The notes beneath the pieces are model-generated. The model had not been told where the DNA came from. It saw nothing but the letters and a program-made list of their open reading frames with translations, and did no database searches. The position numbers were made by a program, and so were the translations under genes. A DNA stretch of 64,000 bases. Origin: a virus (lineage: Duplodnaviria > Caudoviricetes). The stretch covers positions 1 to 64,000 of IMG/VR virus record IMGVR_UViG_3300028591_003737, one strand, 5' to 3'. Of this stretch, positions 49,500 to 59,465 are shown one piece after another. Each line of letters starts with the position of its first letter. Positions within the stretch are counted from its first letter, which is position 1.

Positions 49500-49833
49500 T
49501 ATCTAATAAAGGAAAAACATATCTATTTTGTTCAGTTGTCATATATGAATAAGATAAAATCTTTTCATTTGTGATAAGTTTATCAAGTTTATGTTGTTTC
49601 AACTCTTTAATAGTTGTAGATACAAAGAAAATTTTTTCTTTTTGATCAGGATTTGAATAAATCCAATCATACTTAATATTAGTATGACAATTATTCATAT
49701 CCTTAGACCATTGAGATAAACATTCTTTAAATATATTTAAATCATGATCTTTATAATCAAAAGTAGAATTAATTACAATATTAACTCTTTGATTTTCTGC
49801 TTTCTTTAGTTTATATTTTTCAATAATATTCAT
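49468..49833 (-). CDS. Hypothetical protein
   Basis: Start moved to MNIIEK. Confidence 0.55.
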   Translation of the reverse strand: MNIIEKYKLKKAENQRVNIVINSTFDYKDHDLNIFKECLSQWSKDMNNCHTNIKYDWIYSNPDQKEKIFFVSTTIKELKQHKLDKLITNEKILSYSYMTTEQNRYVFPLLDNESKYMSYVS

Positions 49834-49846
49834 AATTTTATAGTTT

Positions 49847-51739
49847 TTAATAAAGTCTAATTTCAATTCCTTTTTCACGAGCTTTCTTCATCTTTCCAGT
49901 ATTACTATCAAGAGAATTAGTAAATACAATCTGAACTTCTTTCCATGAACCAGTATTACGATATTCAGGATGTTTATTAAGGAAATCTCCCTTAGAAAGA
50001 TAATCATTGGGTTCACCAGTCATAATGATTGGAATCTGATCTCCACGAATTGCTTTAGCTTCTTCTACCTGAATACGATACTGATCCATATCAAATCCAA
50101 TAGAATTAATTATACTCATAACTTGATGATATTTAGGATTTTGAATATCAAAAACCCATTCATAAGCAATTTTTGGAAGTGATGTCCAATCACCATCACC
50201 AGATTTAATCATTTCTTTTTCAATCTGTTCTGCAACTTTTATACCACAAAGAGGGAAAGAGCAAGAAACAATAATATCTTTTAAAGTAAGCTTTTTAAGA
50301 TATTCATTAAATGATTTCTTGGCATTAGTTCCAAGTTTACCACCAAGAGCACTATCTATTTCATTTCCAGAAACAAAGAGAATATTATTTGGAACAGGTT
50401 TTTCTGGAATATCAAAGAATTCATCTCCCTTACACTGTTCTTTTACATATTCAAAAATTGTTTCAGCAGCAGAAGGACCAATACTTGGAATATTAAGAGC
50501 TTCTGCAGAAGCAAGAAAACTGTTTTTAATAATTTCTTCTTCAGAAAGTTTCTTATAAAGATGAACACCATCTATAATACAATCATTAATATCAATAAGT
50601 CCGATATTAGATTCATTATATTTAGATGTATCAGTAATCTTATAAATAAAAGGAATAATATCACCAGCAAGTGAAAGAATTACTTTAGTTCCAATACTGA
50701 TTTTATTTTCAAGAATATAACCATAATTATGTGCAGAAGCTCTTGTAACTTCTTTACCATCCATAATTACAGGATTTACAATAATAACTGGAGTATATTC
50801 ACCAGTTTTATTAGAAAGCTGCCATTTGATATCTACAATTTCAGTTTCTTTAAGTTGAGGAGCAAACTTAACAGCAACACAATCTTTAGGACGATGTTCT
50901 GTAAGATTATTCTCTCTTAGACCAGCGACTGGTTTTAAAACAATTCCATCAAGAGCAAATGGACAATCTTCATTTCTATAAGATTCAAATTTATGATAAA
51001 GTCCTTCAAGCATTTTACTATCAAATTTATCAATAGTAAAATAAAATTGAGGTTTATCAGGATAATCATAACCCATCCAATCCATATCAATCCATCTGGC
51101 ATGATCATCCATAATTCTGATATCATAAATGACAACAGAAAGGTCATTAATCATATCTTCAATTTCAGGAGTATAATCCCTATTAAGAAGACCAGATACG
51201 AATGAACGAGGATTTACAAATTCTGAATATTTATTTTCAAAAATAAATCTATCAATAAGAACTTCTCCACGAAGAACATAATCTTCTGGAATTTGTTTAT
51301 TAAGTTTATTAATATCAGGAAGAAGTTTATTAATCAGATGTTTGTTCAAATCTTTACCATACTCACCATCTCCACGAGAAGAAATAAAAATAACATTATT
51401 CTTCTCTCCACTTACAGAACATTCAAATGAACAACCATCAAATTTAGGAGTAACAATAAACCAATTAGCATTATTCCTAAGAAGATATTTATTAATATCA
51501 TTTACATAATCACTAAAGATAATCTTTCCTTCAGAATTCTCTTTAATCTGAACCTTAGAAAGACTACCCATAATAAATGGATGTTTAATTGTATAAGTGG
51601 GATTTTTCTTAGCACCAATATATGATTTATTTTCAAGTCCAAGACGCTTTTCAAGCTCATCGAACTCAAAGTCTTCCATAATTGGAGTACCGTTGTAATA
51701 CGCTTCTTTTGCTTTATTATAAAGTTCTAAATCGGTCAT
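49847..51739 (-). CDS. ligA: NAD-dependent DNA ligase
   Basis: AYY..D.EFD, MGSLSK, PKFDG, SRGDG, RGEV, NPR, DGIV, AVKF, AGDIIP, BRCT-like tail. Confidence 0.93.
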   Translation of the reverse strand: MTDLELYNKAKEAYYNGTPIMEDFEFDELEKRLGLENKSYIGAKKNPTYTIKHPFIMGSLSKVQIKENSEGKIIFSDYVNDINKYLLRNNANWFIVTPKFDGCSFECSVSGEKNNVIFISSRGDGEYGKDLNKHLINKLLPDINKLNKQIPEDYVLRGEVLIDRFIFENKYSEFVNPRSFVSGLLNRDYTPEIEDMINDLSVVIYDIRIMDDHARWIDMDWMGYDYPDKPQFYFTIDKFDSKMLEGLYHKFESYRNEDCPFALDGIVLKPVAGLRENNLTEHRPKDCVAVKFAPQLKETEIVDIKWQLSNKTGEYTPVIIVNPVIMDGKEVTRASAHNYGYILENKISIGTKVILSLAGDIIPFIYKITDTSKYNESNIGLIDINDCIIDGVHLYKKLSEEEIIKNSFLASAEALNIPSIGPSAAETIFEYVKEQCKGDEFFDIPEKPVPNNILFVSGNEIDSALGGKLGTNAKKSFNEYLKKLTLKDIIVSCSFPLCGIKVAEQIEKEMIKSGDGDWTSLPKIAYEWVFDIQNPKYHQVMSIINSIGFDMDQYRIQVEEAKAIRGDQIPIIMTGEPNDYLSKGDFLNKHPEYRNTGSWKEVQIVFTNSLDSNTGKMKKAREKGIEIRLY

Positions 51740-51788
51740 ATATAGTTTAAATTATTTTCAATTTAATATAGTTGATAAATTATAAAAT

Positions 51789-52088
51789 TCAATCTTTTAT
51801 CAATGTAATATAATAAAACCAACCACCATATTTACTTTCATGTGGTACAATAGAAATTATAGAATAATTAAGAAGATTACAAAAATATGATAAAAAGCCT
51901 GCTAAAGTATAAACTCTAACTTTACTATCTTTTTTAATTATCTCTAATTCTTTTTCAAAAAATCCAGTAGAATTTCCTTCTGCTGATGCTATAGTATAAG
52001 GACACACTCCCTTATTTGTATTATAAGGGAGTGAAATCCACATAGTACGATATTCTTTTAATTCGGAATATTTTTTAGACTTAGCCAT
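51789..52088 (-). CDS. Hypothetical protein
   Basis: 99-aa ORF. Confidence 0.55.
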   Translation of the reverse strand: MAKSKKYSELKEYRTMWISLPYNTNKGVCPYTIASAEGNSTGFFEKELEIIKKDSKVRVYTLAGFLSYFCNLLNYSIISIVPHESKYGGWFYYITLIKD

Positions 52089-52091
52089 TTA

Positions 52092-52589
52092 TTAGCTTTT
52101 TACGACCCAGTCAGCAAGAGAAGTAATAAGATAACCTAGAGTCTTATAACGACACTCAAATCCTTCTCCTTCTACCCAACCCTTTGCAGCAGTAAAAACT
52201 TCATTGGACTTATTCTGTCCTCTTGAACCAGGATTAGGATTAATATCGATATCAACATATGCAATAGGAACGCCATATTCGCGAAGTGACTTTGCAACAT
52301 TGATAGACTCTTCAACTTCCTTAAGAAGTCTTTCGGCACGCTGTTCTCTACGATAACGAGGTACATACCAACGACGGAAAATACAGTGAGCACCATGTCC
52401 ATGTTCACCATCTCCCTTATCGTACATTGCAATAATAGTTGAGAAGCAAGTCTTGCTACCCTTACTCTGTGAGTCAGTACCAACCATTATATCAATGTTA
52501 CGATGTGACTTATAATAGTCACGCACATACTCTTCCACATTAGGAAGCTTTTCTCCTGTGAACTTTTTAAAATCAATTGTTCCAGTCAT
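52092..52589 (-). CDS. RNase H-like YkuK (DUF458) family protein
   Basis: VGTDSQ, RLLKEVEES, DIDIN, AD. Confidence 0.85.
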   Translation of the reverse strand: MTGTIDFKKFTGEKLPNVEEYVRDYYKSHRNIDIMVGTDSQSKGSKTCFSTIIAMYDKGDGEHGHGAHCIFRRWYVPRYRREQRAERLLKEVEESINVAKSLREYGVPIAYVDIDINPNPGSRGQNKSNEVFTAAKGWVEGEGFECRYKTLGYLITSLADWVVKS

Positions 52590-52894
52590 AATTTTAATTT
52601 GTTTGTTTTATTTATATTTATTAAATGAAATATCCCCAAGTAATAATCAAACCAAAAATCATTACAGAGGTTTGTTTGCATTTCTTTCCATAAGTTGTGA
52701 GCTTATGAATTCCATACTTAATACATTCTTTATCAAAATCTACACTAAGTGCATACGGGTTTAAAAATGTAGTTGTCATAATAAATTAATTTAAATATTC
52801 AAAAATAATATAGATAATAAATCTGTAAATTCAAAATAAAGTGAATTAAATGTTATAATTTTTCTATTTTATAATATATAAATGTATATCTGAT

Positions 52895-53116
52895 ATGACT
52901 TTGTTAATATTTTTAATAATAATTTTTTTAATATTAATATTTATATATTTCAAATATAAAAGTATTGTATTATTTGATGCATTATATTGGGGTCCTGGTT
53001 GTGGAGCCCCTGTTAAAGTTATTGACAAAACATTATTTAATGTTACTATAAGTACTTATGATGGTACATATAATATAGGAATAATTGAATTTTTAACAAC
53101 ATATAGAAAATCATAA
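52895..53116 (+). CDS. Small membrane-anchored protein
   Basis: N-terminal hydrophobic helix. Confidence 0.55.
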   Translation: MTLLIFLIIIFLILIFIYFKYKSIVLFDALYWGPGCGAPVKVIDKTLFNVTISTYDGTYNIGIIEFLTTYRKS

Positions 53117-53126
53117 CATAGTTTAT

Positions 53127-53948
53127 ATGGAAGAAATAAATTTTAATAAACAGATAGATAAGAGTTTAAAAACTTTAAGTATATCTGCAACTCTTAGTCT
53201 TATTGCTAAACCTGTTGATCAGGAAGCAATGTTGGAAAAGACATATAATAAACATTATAATAATCCTGAAAGTGAATATTATCATTTATCTAAAGATGAG
53301 ATAAAAGCTATTTGGGAGTCTAAAGGTGCAGCATCAAGACAATATGGTTCTCTTCTTGATGATTATATTGGTATTAAATTAACTGGTACTCCAGATGATT
53401 TAGAAATGTATAAACTTGATAATGATGTAGATGGAGATGAAAGATTGAAGGGTCTTATTTCATCATTTGAAAATTTCTGGAGTGTTCTTACAAAATCTGG
53501 TGATATGGAATTTGTTACTAGAGAAAAGACTATATATTATAAAGTAGGAGATTATTATATTAAAGGTCGTTTTGATGCATTATTCAGAAATAAGAGAACA
53601 GGTAAATGGATAATCATTGATTGGAAGAGTAGTAAAAGTATTGATTATAAGAATGTATGGGAAAAACTTCTTGGACCTGCAAAAATGTATGATAACTGTA
53701 ATCATGTAACATATACAATGCAAGGTTATTTCTATAAGACAGGATTAATATATTCTGATTATCTTCCAGAAGGTACAACTGAAGATGATGTAGAATTCTT
53801 AATAGTACAACTTCCTGGTTTTGTAATTGATGGTGATAAAGATTTTAAGATACATAAACCAGCATTTAAATATGACAAAGAATTCATGGATAGAATATTT
53901 GAATTCGCTATTAAGAAAAATATGTTACTTGAGAAAAAAGATGAGTAA
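53127..53948 (+). CDS. PD-(D/E)xK exonuclease (RecB/Cas4-like)
   Basis: E..IKGRFDAL..IIDWKS..Y..Q..Y. Confidence 0.8.
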   Translation: MEEINFNKQIDKSLKTLSISATLSLIAKPVDQEAMLEKTYNKHYNNPESEYYHLSKDEIKAIWESKGAASRQYGSLLDDYIGIKLTGTPDDLEMYKLDNDVDGDERLKGLISSFENFWSVLTKSGDMEFVTREKTIYYKVGDYYIKGRFDALFRNKRTGKWIIIDWKSSKSIDYKNVWEKLLGPAKMYDNCNHVTYTMQGYFYKTGLIYSDYLPEGTTEDDVEFLIVQLPGFVIDGDKDFKIHKPAFKYDKEFMDRIFEFAIKKNMLLEKKDE

Positions 53949-54111
53949 TATTATTGAAGATATATATCATTATATAAAAGATATAAAAGTTGAAAAAGAT
54001 AAAGAAAAGGAAAGTGAATTAATATATGTAAATGTAACTCCAGAATTTTTAAATCCAGAGACAATAGGTAATTATAATAAAGAAACAGCTGAAAAATATA
54101 AAATTAATTAA
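53941..54111 (+). CDS. Small hypothetical protein
   Basis: ATG overlapping the previous stop (MSNIIED). Confidence 0.45.
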   Translation: MSNIIEDIYHYIKDIKVEKDKEKESELIYVNVTPEFLNPETIGNYNKETAEKYKIN

Positions 54112-54113
54112 TT

Positions 54114-54410
54114 ATGTTTATTGAAATTAATGAAATTAGCCGTTATTGTAATAATAATGAAACCGATAATGGAGGTAATTGGAAATATAAACAAGTTATT
54201 ATAGGTAAAATAATTATAAATACTGATGAAATTAGATGTATTTCAATTGATGGATTTGAATGGGAAAATAAAGAAAAATATATTGTTAAAGAAGGTTCTC
54301 AAAGATATTGTATATATTTCGATAAAAATAGATCAGTAAATATAGATATTGAATCATACAATAAGATTAAAAAATATTTAATTAATGAAACAAATGATAA
54401 ATCAATTTGA
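54114..54410 (+). CDS. Hypothetical protein (paralog family)
   Basis: MFIEINEI..INTDEI..YNKIK. Confidence 0.6.
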   Translation: MFIEINEISRYCNNNETDNGGNWKYKQVIIGKIIINTDEIRCISIDGFEWENKEKYIVKEGSQRYCIYFDKNRSVNIDIESYNKIKKYLINETNDKSI

Positions 54411-54592
54411 ATCAAATGTAATAGATATTAAATATGGTCCTTGGTATTGTGAAGATATAAGTGTTGATATAGAACATGAAACTATAAATCTTATATATTA
54501 TAGAGATATTGAAAGTATTACAATACAATTTAACATAAAATAATTTGAATTTTAACACATTTATAACCATATTATATTGGAATTAAAAAAAT

Positions 54593-55108
54593 ATGAAAAA
54601 GTATAAAATATTATTTGCAGATCTTGATGATACTTTAATCAAGACTCATTCTGGTAAAACTTGGGCTCAAGGTATTTGGGATATGGATCTCAAATTTGAT
54701 GTTCTTAATAAGATTAAAGAACTTGAACCTGAATATATGTTCATTGTAACTAATCAAGGAGGAATTGGTAAGTTTGTCACTGAAAGTGATTTTGTCAAGA
54801 AACTTGATTATGTTGAGGCAAGTATTCGTGGATATATTAAACATCCTAAGTTTATAGATATTCAGTCAATGTATTGTGACAGTATGGATAAAGAAGATCC
54901 ATTCCGTAAACCAAATCCTGGAATGATTAAATATTTTATTGATGAATATAAACTTAGAGAAAATGGATATACATCAGATGATATGTTAATGATTGGAGAT
55001 GCATCTGGTAAAGAAGGAGATTTTAGTGATAGTGATAAGAAATCAGCGGAGAATGCAGGGATAAATTATCTTGATGTAAATGACTTCTTGAAATGTGTAT
55101 TTTTTTAA
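54593..55108 (+). CDS. Polynucleotide 3'-phosphatase (HAD-IIIA, PNKP-type)
   Basis: DLDDTLIKTHSGK, TNQGGI, RKPNPGM, GDASG..DFSDSD. Confidence 0.88.
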   Translation: MKKYKILFADLDDTLIKTHSGKTWAQGIWDMDLKFDVLNKIKELEPEYMFIVTNQGGIGKFVTESDFVKKLDYVEASIRGYIKHPKFIDIQSMYCDSMDKEDPFRKPNPGMIKYFIDEYKLRENGYTSDDMLMIGDASGKEGDFSDSDKKSAENAGINYLDVNDFLKCVFF

Positions 55109-55128
55109 CCATTTAAATATTTAAAGTT

Positions 55129-55353
55129 ATGTTTATTGAATTAATTGAAATTGAAAAAACAAAGGAAGTTGTTGGTCCCTTTATGATTAATACCAATAAT
55201 ATTTCCTTCATTGACACAGTCGTTCTTGATGACAATTCAACTGTCAAACGAGTAAGGACAAATGATCAGGTAACATTTTTCATATCTGATAAAGATTATG
55301 GAAAACTAAAGAAGTTGCTATCTGAAAATAATTTGGGACCTACTTCAATGTAA
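55129..55353 (+). CDS. Hypothetical protein (paralog family)
   Basis: MFIELIEI..INTNNI..YGKLK. Confidence 0.6.
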   Translation: MFIELIEIEKTKEVVGPFMINTNNISFIDTVVLDDNSTVKRVRTNDQVTFFISDKDYGKLKKLLSENNLGPTSM

Positions 55354-55375
55354 AATTGAAATCATAATTCTTAAA

Positions 55376-55405
55376 GAAAATGTAGACGTAAGTCTACATT
55401 TTTTT
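55376..55405 (+). terminator. Intrinsic terminator
   Basis: AAAATGTAGAC-GTAA-GTCTACATTTTTTT. Confidence 0.75.
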
Positions 55406-55432
55406 ATTTTTATATATAATATAATAGAAGTT

Positions 55433-56041
55433 ATGAGAGATTTAAAAGAATATATGTTTGAAGGAGCATGGGGATATGATCCACAACAAACAGACTCAGC
55501 TCTTGATTTAAGAGCAGGTATAAATATGTCAATATTAGAAACTATATATGATGAATGCTTCAAAAGAGTGTGGTCTAATAGTGAAGGAATAGATTTAGAT
55601 GGTAATTCTGCTTGGGAAGCAATTGCTCAGATAGAATACTTTTTTGAAAAATGTGCTAACTTATTTGATATACATAATGAAAAAGATCCTGAATATGAAA
55701 GATACTATTATTGGTGGAGATTGAAAAAAGATAAGAAGAAAGATATAGTTGATTTATATTCAGAAGCAATTCAAAGATGCGCATCAGATGATGAGTTTAT
55801 CAATTCTTGGAAAGAACCAGATAAGATGAGAAAGGCATTAACAGAAAGAGGTAAGATATTAAAGAAGTATGCTAAGTTAAGAGATGATTATTTTAAGCAT
55901 GAACTTGAATTAGATAAACAAAGAACAGATGCAACTATAAAATTTGTAAAAGATCCTAACAATAAAACAATTGCTTATGGTAAAGAGGGTTGGTGTGTTG
56001 TTGGTTTTGATGATAAGACACCTGAAGTAGCAGAAGAATAA
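55433..56041 (+). CDS. Leader-tagged protein
   Basis: MRDLKEYMFE; TATTTTTATAT at 55405-55415. Confidence 0.65.
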   Translation: MRDLKEYMFEGAWGYDPQQTDSALDLRAGINMSILETIYDECFKRVWSNSEGIDLDGNSAWEAIAQIEYFFEKCANLFDIHNEKDPEYERYYYWWRLKKDKKKDIVDLYSEAIQRCASDDEFINSWKEPDKMRKALTERGKILKKYAKLRDDYFKHELELDKQRTDATIKFVKDPNNKTIAYGKEGWCVVGFDDKTPEVAEE

Positions 56042-56056
56042 TAGATAAAAAATAAT

Positions 56057-56485
56057 ATGAAAACACTTAAAGAATATTTGTTAAAAGAAAATAAAAAGAA
56101 TATACCTGATGTAGTATATCATGCAACAATAAAACAAAGATTAAGTGATATAAAGAAATATGGATTAGGTGGTAAAATTCCTAAGAAAAGATTCTGGGAT
56201 TATGAAGGAACTGAATATGAACATATAAAACAAGGATTTTTTGTTGATGTTAATCCAGAAAATGCATACTATTATGTTGAAAATTCAGATGAAATTTGGG
56301 ATGCATATGAAGATTTTGATTCTTCTGATATTATATTATTTAGTATAAAAACAAAAGATTTAGATTTGTCAAAACTTCATATTGATTCAAATGATGATTC
56401 AAATGAAGATGAACCTCATTCATATTTTTATGATGGAGTAGTTCCATTTGAAAAATTAACAAAAGAAAGTACAAAAGAATATTAA
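56057..56485 (+). CDS. Leader-tagged ADP-ribosyltransferase-fold-like protein
   Basis: MKTLKEYLLKE; VYHAT..I.KYGL..; GFF..PENA. Confidence 0.55.
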   Translation: MKTLKEYLLKENKKNIPDVVYHATIKQRLSDIKKYGLGGKIPKKRFWDYEGTEYEHIKQGFFVDVNPENAYYYVENSDEIWDAYEDFDSSDIILFSIKTKDLDLSKLHIDSNDDSNEDEPHSYFYDGVVPFEKLTKESTKEY

Positions 56486-56487
56486 TT

Positions 56488-56877
56488 ATGAAAAGTCTTA
56501 AAGAATATTTATTAGAAGAAAAAGATGATATTACTGCTTCAACAAGTCGTGGTGATATTAAGTTTACTATATGGAAAGCTCCAGATAAAAAAGTAAAATG
56601 GTTAAATGATAATGAAAAATATCAGAAGATAGAATATAAACTTGAAGATAAAGAAGAAGGTTTATATATTGACTTTTTACTTGGATTTAAAGATGGATCA
56701 TGGAAACTTTGGATTGGTAAGATAGGTTCATGTAGTTATGATGATGATCCATATTGCTCTTTTGAAACAAAGAAATTTGAAGAAGGCATTGTTGGTGCTC
56801 TTGATAAAGTAGAAGAATTTATTAAGAAAGTAAAAGATGATCCTGATAGTTATATACAATTTTATAAAACATTATAA
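56488..56877 (+). CDS. Leader-tagged protein
   Basis: MKSLKEYLLE. Confidence 0.65.
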   Translation: MKSLKEYLLEEKDDITASTSRGDIKFTIWKAPDKKVKWLNDNEKYQKIEYKLEDKEEGLYIDFLLGFKDGSWKLWIGKIGSCSYDDDPYCSFETKKFEEGIVGALDKVEEFIKKVKDDPDSYIQFYKTL

Positions 56878-57233
56878 TGAATAATTTAACTCAATATATA
56901 ACTGAAAAACTTCATCTTAATAAAAATTTAGTATCTCCAGATGAAGAACTAATAAATAAAGTTAAAGATATTATAATAAAATATCTTGAAGAACATAATT
57001 GGTTTGATTGTTATATGGATGATTTTTCAGTTACGCCAAGAGAAAGTGTTAGTAAAAACGGCAGAAAAGATTTACGAGTATATTTATATTACCCAGAAGA
57101 ATTAAGTAAAAGAATTAGTATTGATAAAATGGGTACAGATGTAGCTGTAACAATTAAAAAAGAATTACATGTTGACTGGGAATGGTCATCAAGTAAAGAT
57201 AATTGTTATCTTTTATTTACAAATGGAATATAA
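56877..57233 (+). CDS. Leader-tagged protein
   Basis: [17 protein letters not shown]. Confidence 0.7.
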   Translation: MNNLTQYITEKLHLNKNLVSPDEELINKVKDIIIKYLEEHNWFDCYMDDFSVTPRESVSKNGRKDLRVYLYYPEELSKRISIDKMGTDVAVTIKKELHVDWEWSSSKDNCYLLFTNGI

Positions 57234-57319
57234 TAAATATATATAATCTTTATTAATGGTAATTATCCGGTGTTGATAGAATTTATATTTTAGCTTTTTA
57301 CCAAAAATATTAAATTCTA

Positions 57320-57538
57320 TTGATGATAAAACAAAAACAAACAACAAGATCTGACTGTAATAAACACATTATTAAAAGAGAACATTACACAAGAAAAAAT
57401 GGAACTTGGAAACCCAAGAAGAAATTTGAAACTCAAGAAGAAGCTGATGCATGGATAAATAAATATAAGATGTATAGATATTCTTCTTATTTATGTGAAG
57501 TTTGTAAAAAATGGCATATAGGAATGAAAAAAGAATGA
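57320..57538 (+). CDS. Small basic zinc-finger-like protein
   Basis: KKKF.T..EA..YLCEVCKKWHIG. Confidence 0.55.
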   Translation: MMIKQKQTTRSDCNKHIIKREHYTRKNGTWKPKKKFETQEEADAWINKYKMYRYSSYLCEVCKKWHIGMKKE

Positions 57539-58185
57539 ATGAGATTTCTTTAAAAGAAGCTAAAAAGATAAAATTATTTAATAGGGTTGAGAAGAAGTAT
57601 GTACTTACACCTTCTCAACTTTATGATTTTTATAAGTATATAGAATCTGATTGGTATATTGTAAAAGAAGAAAATAATTTTTTATTTGAATATCATTCTA
57701 TTTATTATGATACTATAGATTTAGATATGTATCAAGAGCATAGAAATAATATAAACAATCGACAGAAACTTAGAATAAGAGAATATTCTAATGGTAAGAA
57801 ATATCTTGAGATTAAAACAAAGACTGATGGAATAACTAATAAGATAAGAAAGAAAATAACTAATGAAGATATATCAATACTTCAAGATTGGATTAAAGAA
57901 AATCTTCATTATAATCTTTCACTTGAAAAAGAATTAGATATAAAATATAAAAGAACTACATTTATTTCTAAAGATAAAAAAGAAAGAATAACTATTGATA
58001 CAGAAATAAAATTCTATAATTATAAAACTGGATTATCTAAATCTATAGATGATATTATAGTTGAAATAAAACATGAACAAAATTATCCATCATTGATTGA
58101 ATTATATTTTAATACTCATAATATACAAAAACAAAAGTTTTCAAAATATTATAATGGTATTAATTACACATTAAAAGAGAGCTAA
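57535..58185 (+). CDS. VTC (polyphosphate polymerase / TTM) domain protein
   Basis: RVEKKY, SIYYDT, RQKLRIREY, LEIKTK, Y.R, ERITID, IVEIK, FSKY. Confidence 0.85.
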   Translation: MNEISLKEAKKIKLFNRVEKKYVLTPSQLYDFYKYIESDWYIVKEENNFLFEYHSIYYDTIDLDMYQEHRNNINNRQKLRIREYSNGKKYLEIKTKTDGITNKIRKKITNEDISILQDWIKENLHYNLSLEKELDIKYKRTTFISKDKKERITIDTEIKFYNYKTGLSKSIDDIIVEIKHEQNYPSLIELYFNTHNIQKQKFSKYYNGINYTLKES

Positions 58186-58203
58186 ATATATAGCTCTCTT
58201 TTT
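58172..58203. terminator. Bidirectional terminator
   Basis: AAAAGAGAGCTA..TAGCTCTCTTTTT. Confidence 0.75.
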
Positions 58204-58278
58204 ATTTATTTAGTATTTTAATAAAATATATCGTCTATCTCCTTAAGCTATCCCAGAATTAAAAAGAAGCGCTAAAGA

Positions 58279-58896
58279 TTAAGCTTTTGCTATCTGCTTT
58301 TCAATTATTTCTTTTACTTGAGCAAAAGAAACTGGAGTATAATCATTATTATCTATACCAACATCATATTGTGTAGGAAGAAGATAATTTAATCTTGGCA
58401 TATCAGGAGATGTATATGGATGATTCTTATTTGAATGAACATGTCCAAATAATTGCCATGAAGGCTTATCTTTGAAAATACCATCAAATGTAAGGAAAGG
58501 AAAATGACTCAAATAAATCTTTTGTCCATCAACACAAATATTCATTTGAGCACAAATATCTTCAAATCCTTCTTCAATATTTCCTTCACACATTAACTTA
58601 TAATCATGATTACCATGAATTAAGTAAATCTTTCCATTCAATCTAGAACGATATTCCCAGAAACGATTTATATTACCAAACATAAAATCACCAAGATGAA
58701 ATACAATATCATCTGGACCAACTACAGAATTCCATCTCTTTATAAGATCTTCATTCATTTGGTCAACATTTTCATAAGGACGCATAGCATACTTAATTAT
58801 ATTTGCATGACCAAAATGAGTATCACTTGTAAAAAAGATATTATTCTTTTGAGTAGTAAATTGTACTATATGTGTTTCACACTTAAACATAATCAA
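58279..58896 (-). CDS. Calcineurin-like metallophosphoesterase
   Basis: SDTHFGH, HLGDF, GNHD, HFP, GHVH. Confidence 0.9.
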   Translation of the reverse strand: MIMFKCETHIVQFTTQKNNIFFTSDTHFGHANIIKYAMRPYENVDQMNEDLIKRWNSVVGPDDIVFHLGDFMFGNINRFWEYRSRLNGKIYLIHGNHDYKLMCEGNIEEGFEDICAQMNICVDGQKIYLSHFPFLTFDGIFKDKPSWQLFGHVHSNKNHPYTSPDMPRLNYLLPTQYDVGIDNNDYTPVSFAQVKEIIEKQIAKA

Positions 58897-59465
58897 ACTT
58901 CTCCAACATTAATCTTTGGAACTAATCCTAAATCATCTAATACTTCTTTTAAATTAATACATTTTTCTCTTACTTCATTAAGTATCTTACCAAGTTCATT
59001 TCTGCCCCAATTTTTATAATTATCAAGCTTTAAAGCAGAATCCTGATCACAACCAATTCCCCAAATCCTATCATATGGACTTGCCTCAACAAACTGCTTA
59101 CCATCATATTTAGGATCAATAAGTTTATCTCTAAGTTCTTTATTCTGGATAAACTTAGCTGATACTGCAGTTTTCATATAATGTACTCTGACATCATTCC
59201 ATCTCTTGTCATCATATCCTTTAACTTCACGACCAAGACGGCGAGCTTCTTCTGGATCTGATGTTTTTAATATTTTCTCTGCTGTTTCAGTATCAAAGAA
59301 AAACATTGCTTTAAACCACATAAACATTTGCTCAGATGAAGAAAAGTAAAAAGGATCATCACCGTCAGCAACATAATATGGATTTGCAAATTTTATTTTA
59401 CATTTTGTAAAATTACAAAATGGATGTTCTTTCCAAAAGAATACATATTTATCAGTTGTCCTCAT
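58893..59465 (-). CDS. NADAR (YbiA-like) family protein
   Basis: SEQMFMWFKA, LGREV, AKF.QN, EASPYDRIWGIG, GRNELGKIL. Confidence 0.92.
   Translation of the reverse strand: MRTTDKYVFFWKEHPFCNFTKCKIKFANPYYVADGDDPFYFSSSEQMFMWFKAMFFFDTETAEKILKTSDPEEARRLGREVKGYDDKRWNDVRVHYMKTAVSAKFIQNKELRDKLIDPKYDGKQFVEASPYDRIWGIGCDQDSALKLDNYKNWGRNELGKILNEVREKCINLKEVLDDLGLVPKINVGEV

Noticed and set aside
53127-53948. Cas4 as part of a CRISPR system
   Set aside because: No Fe-S cysteine set, other cas genes or array in the window.
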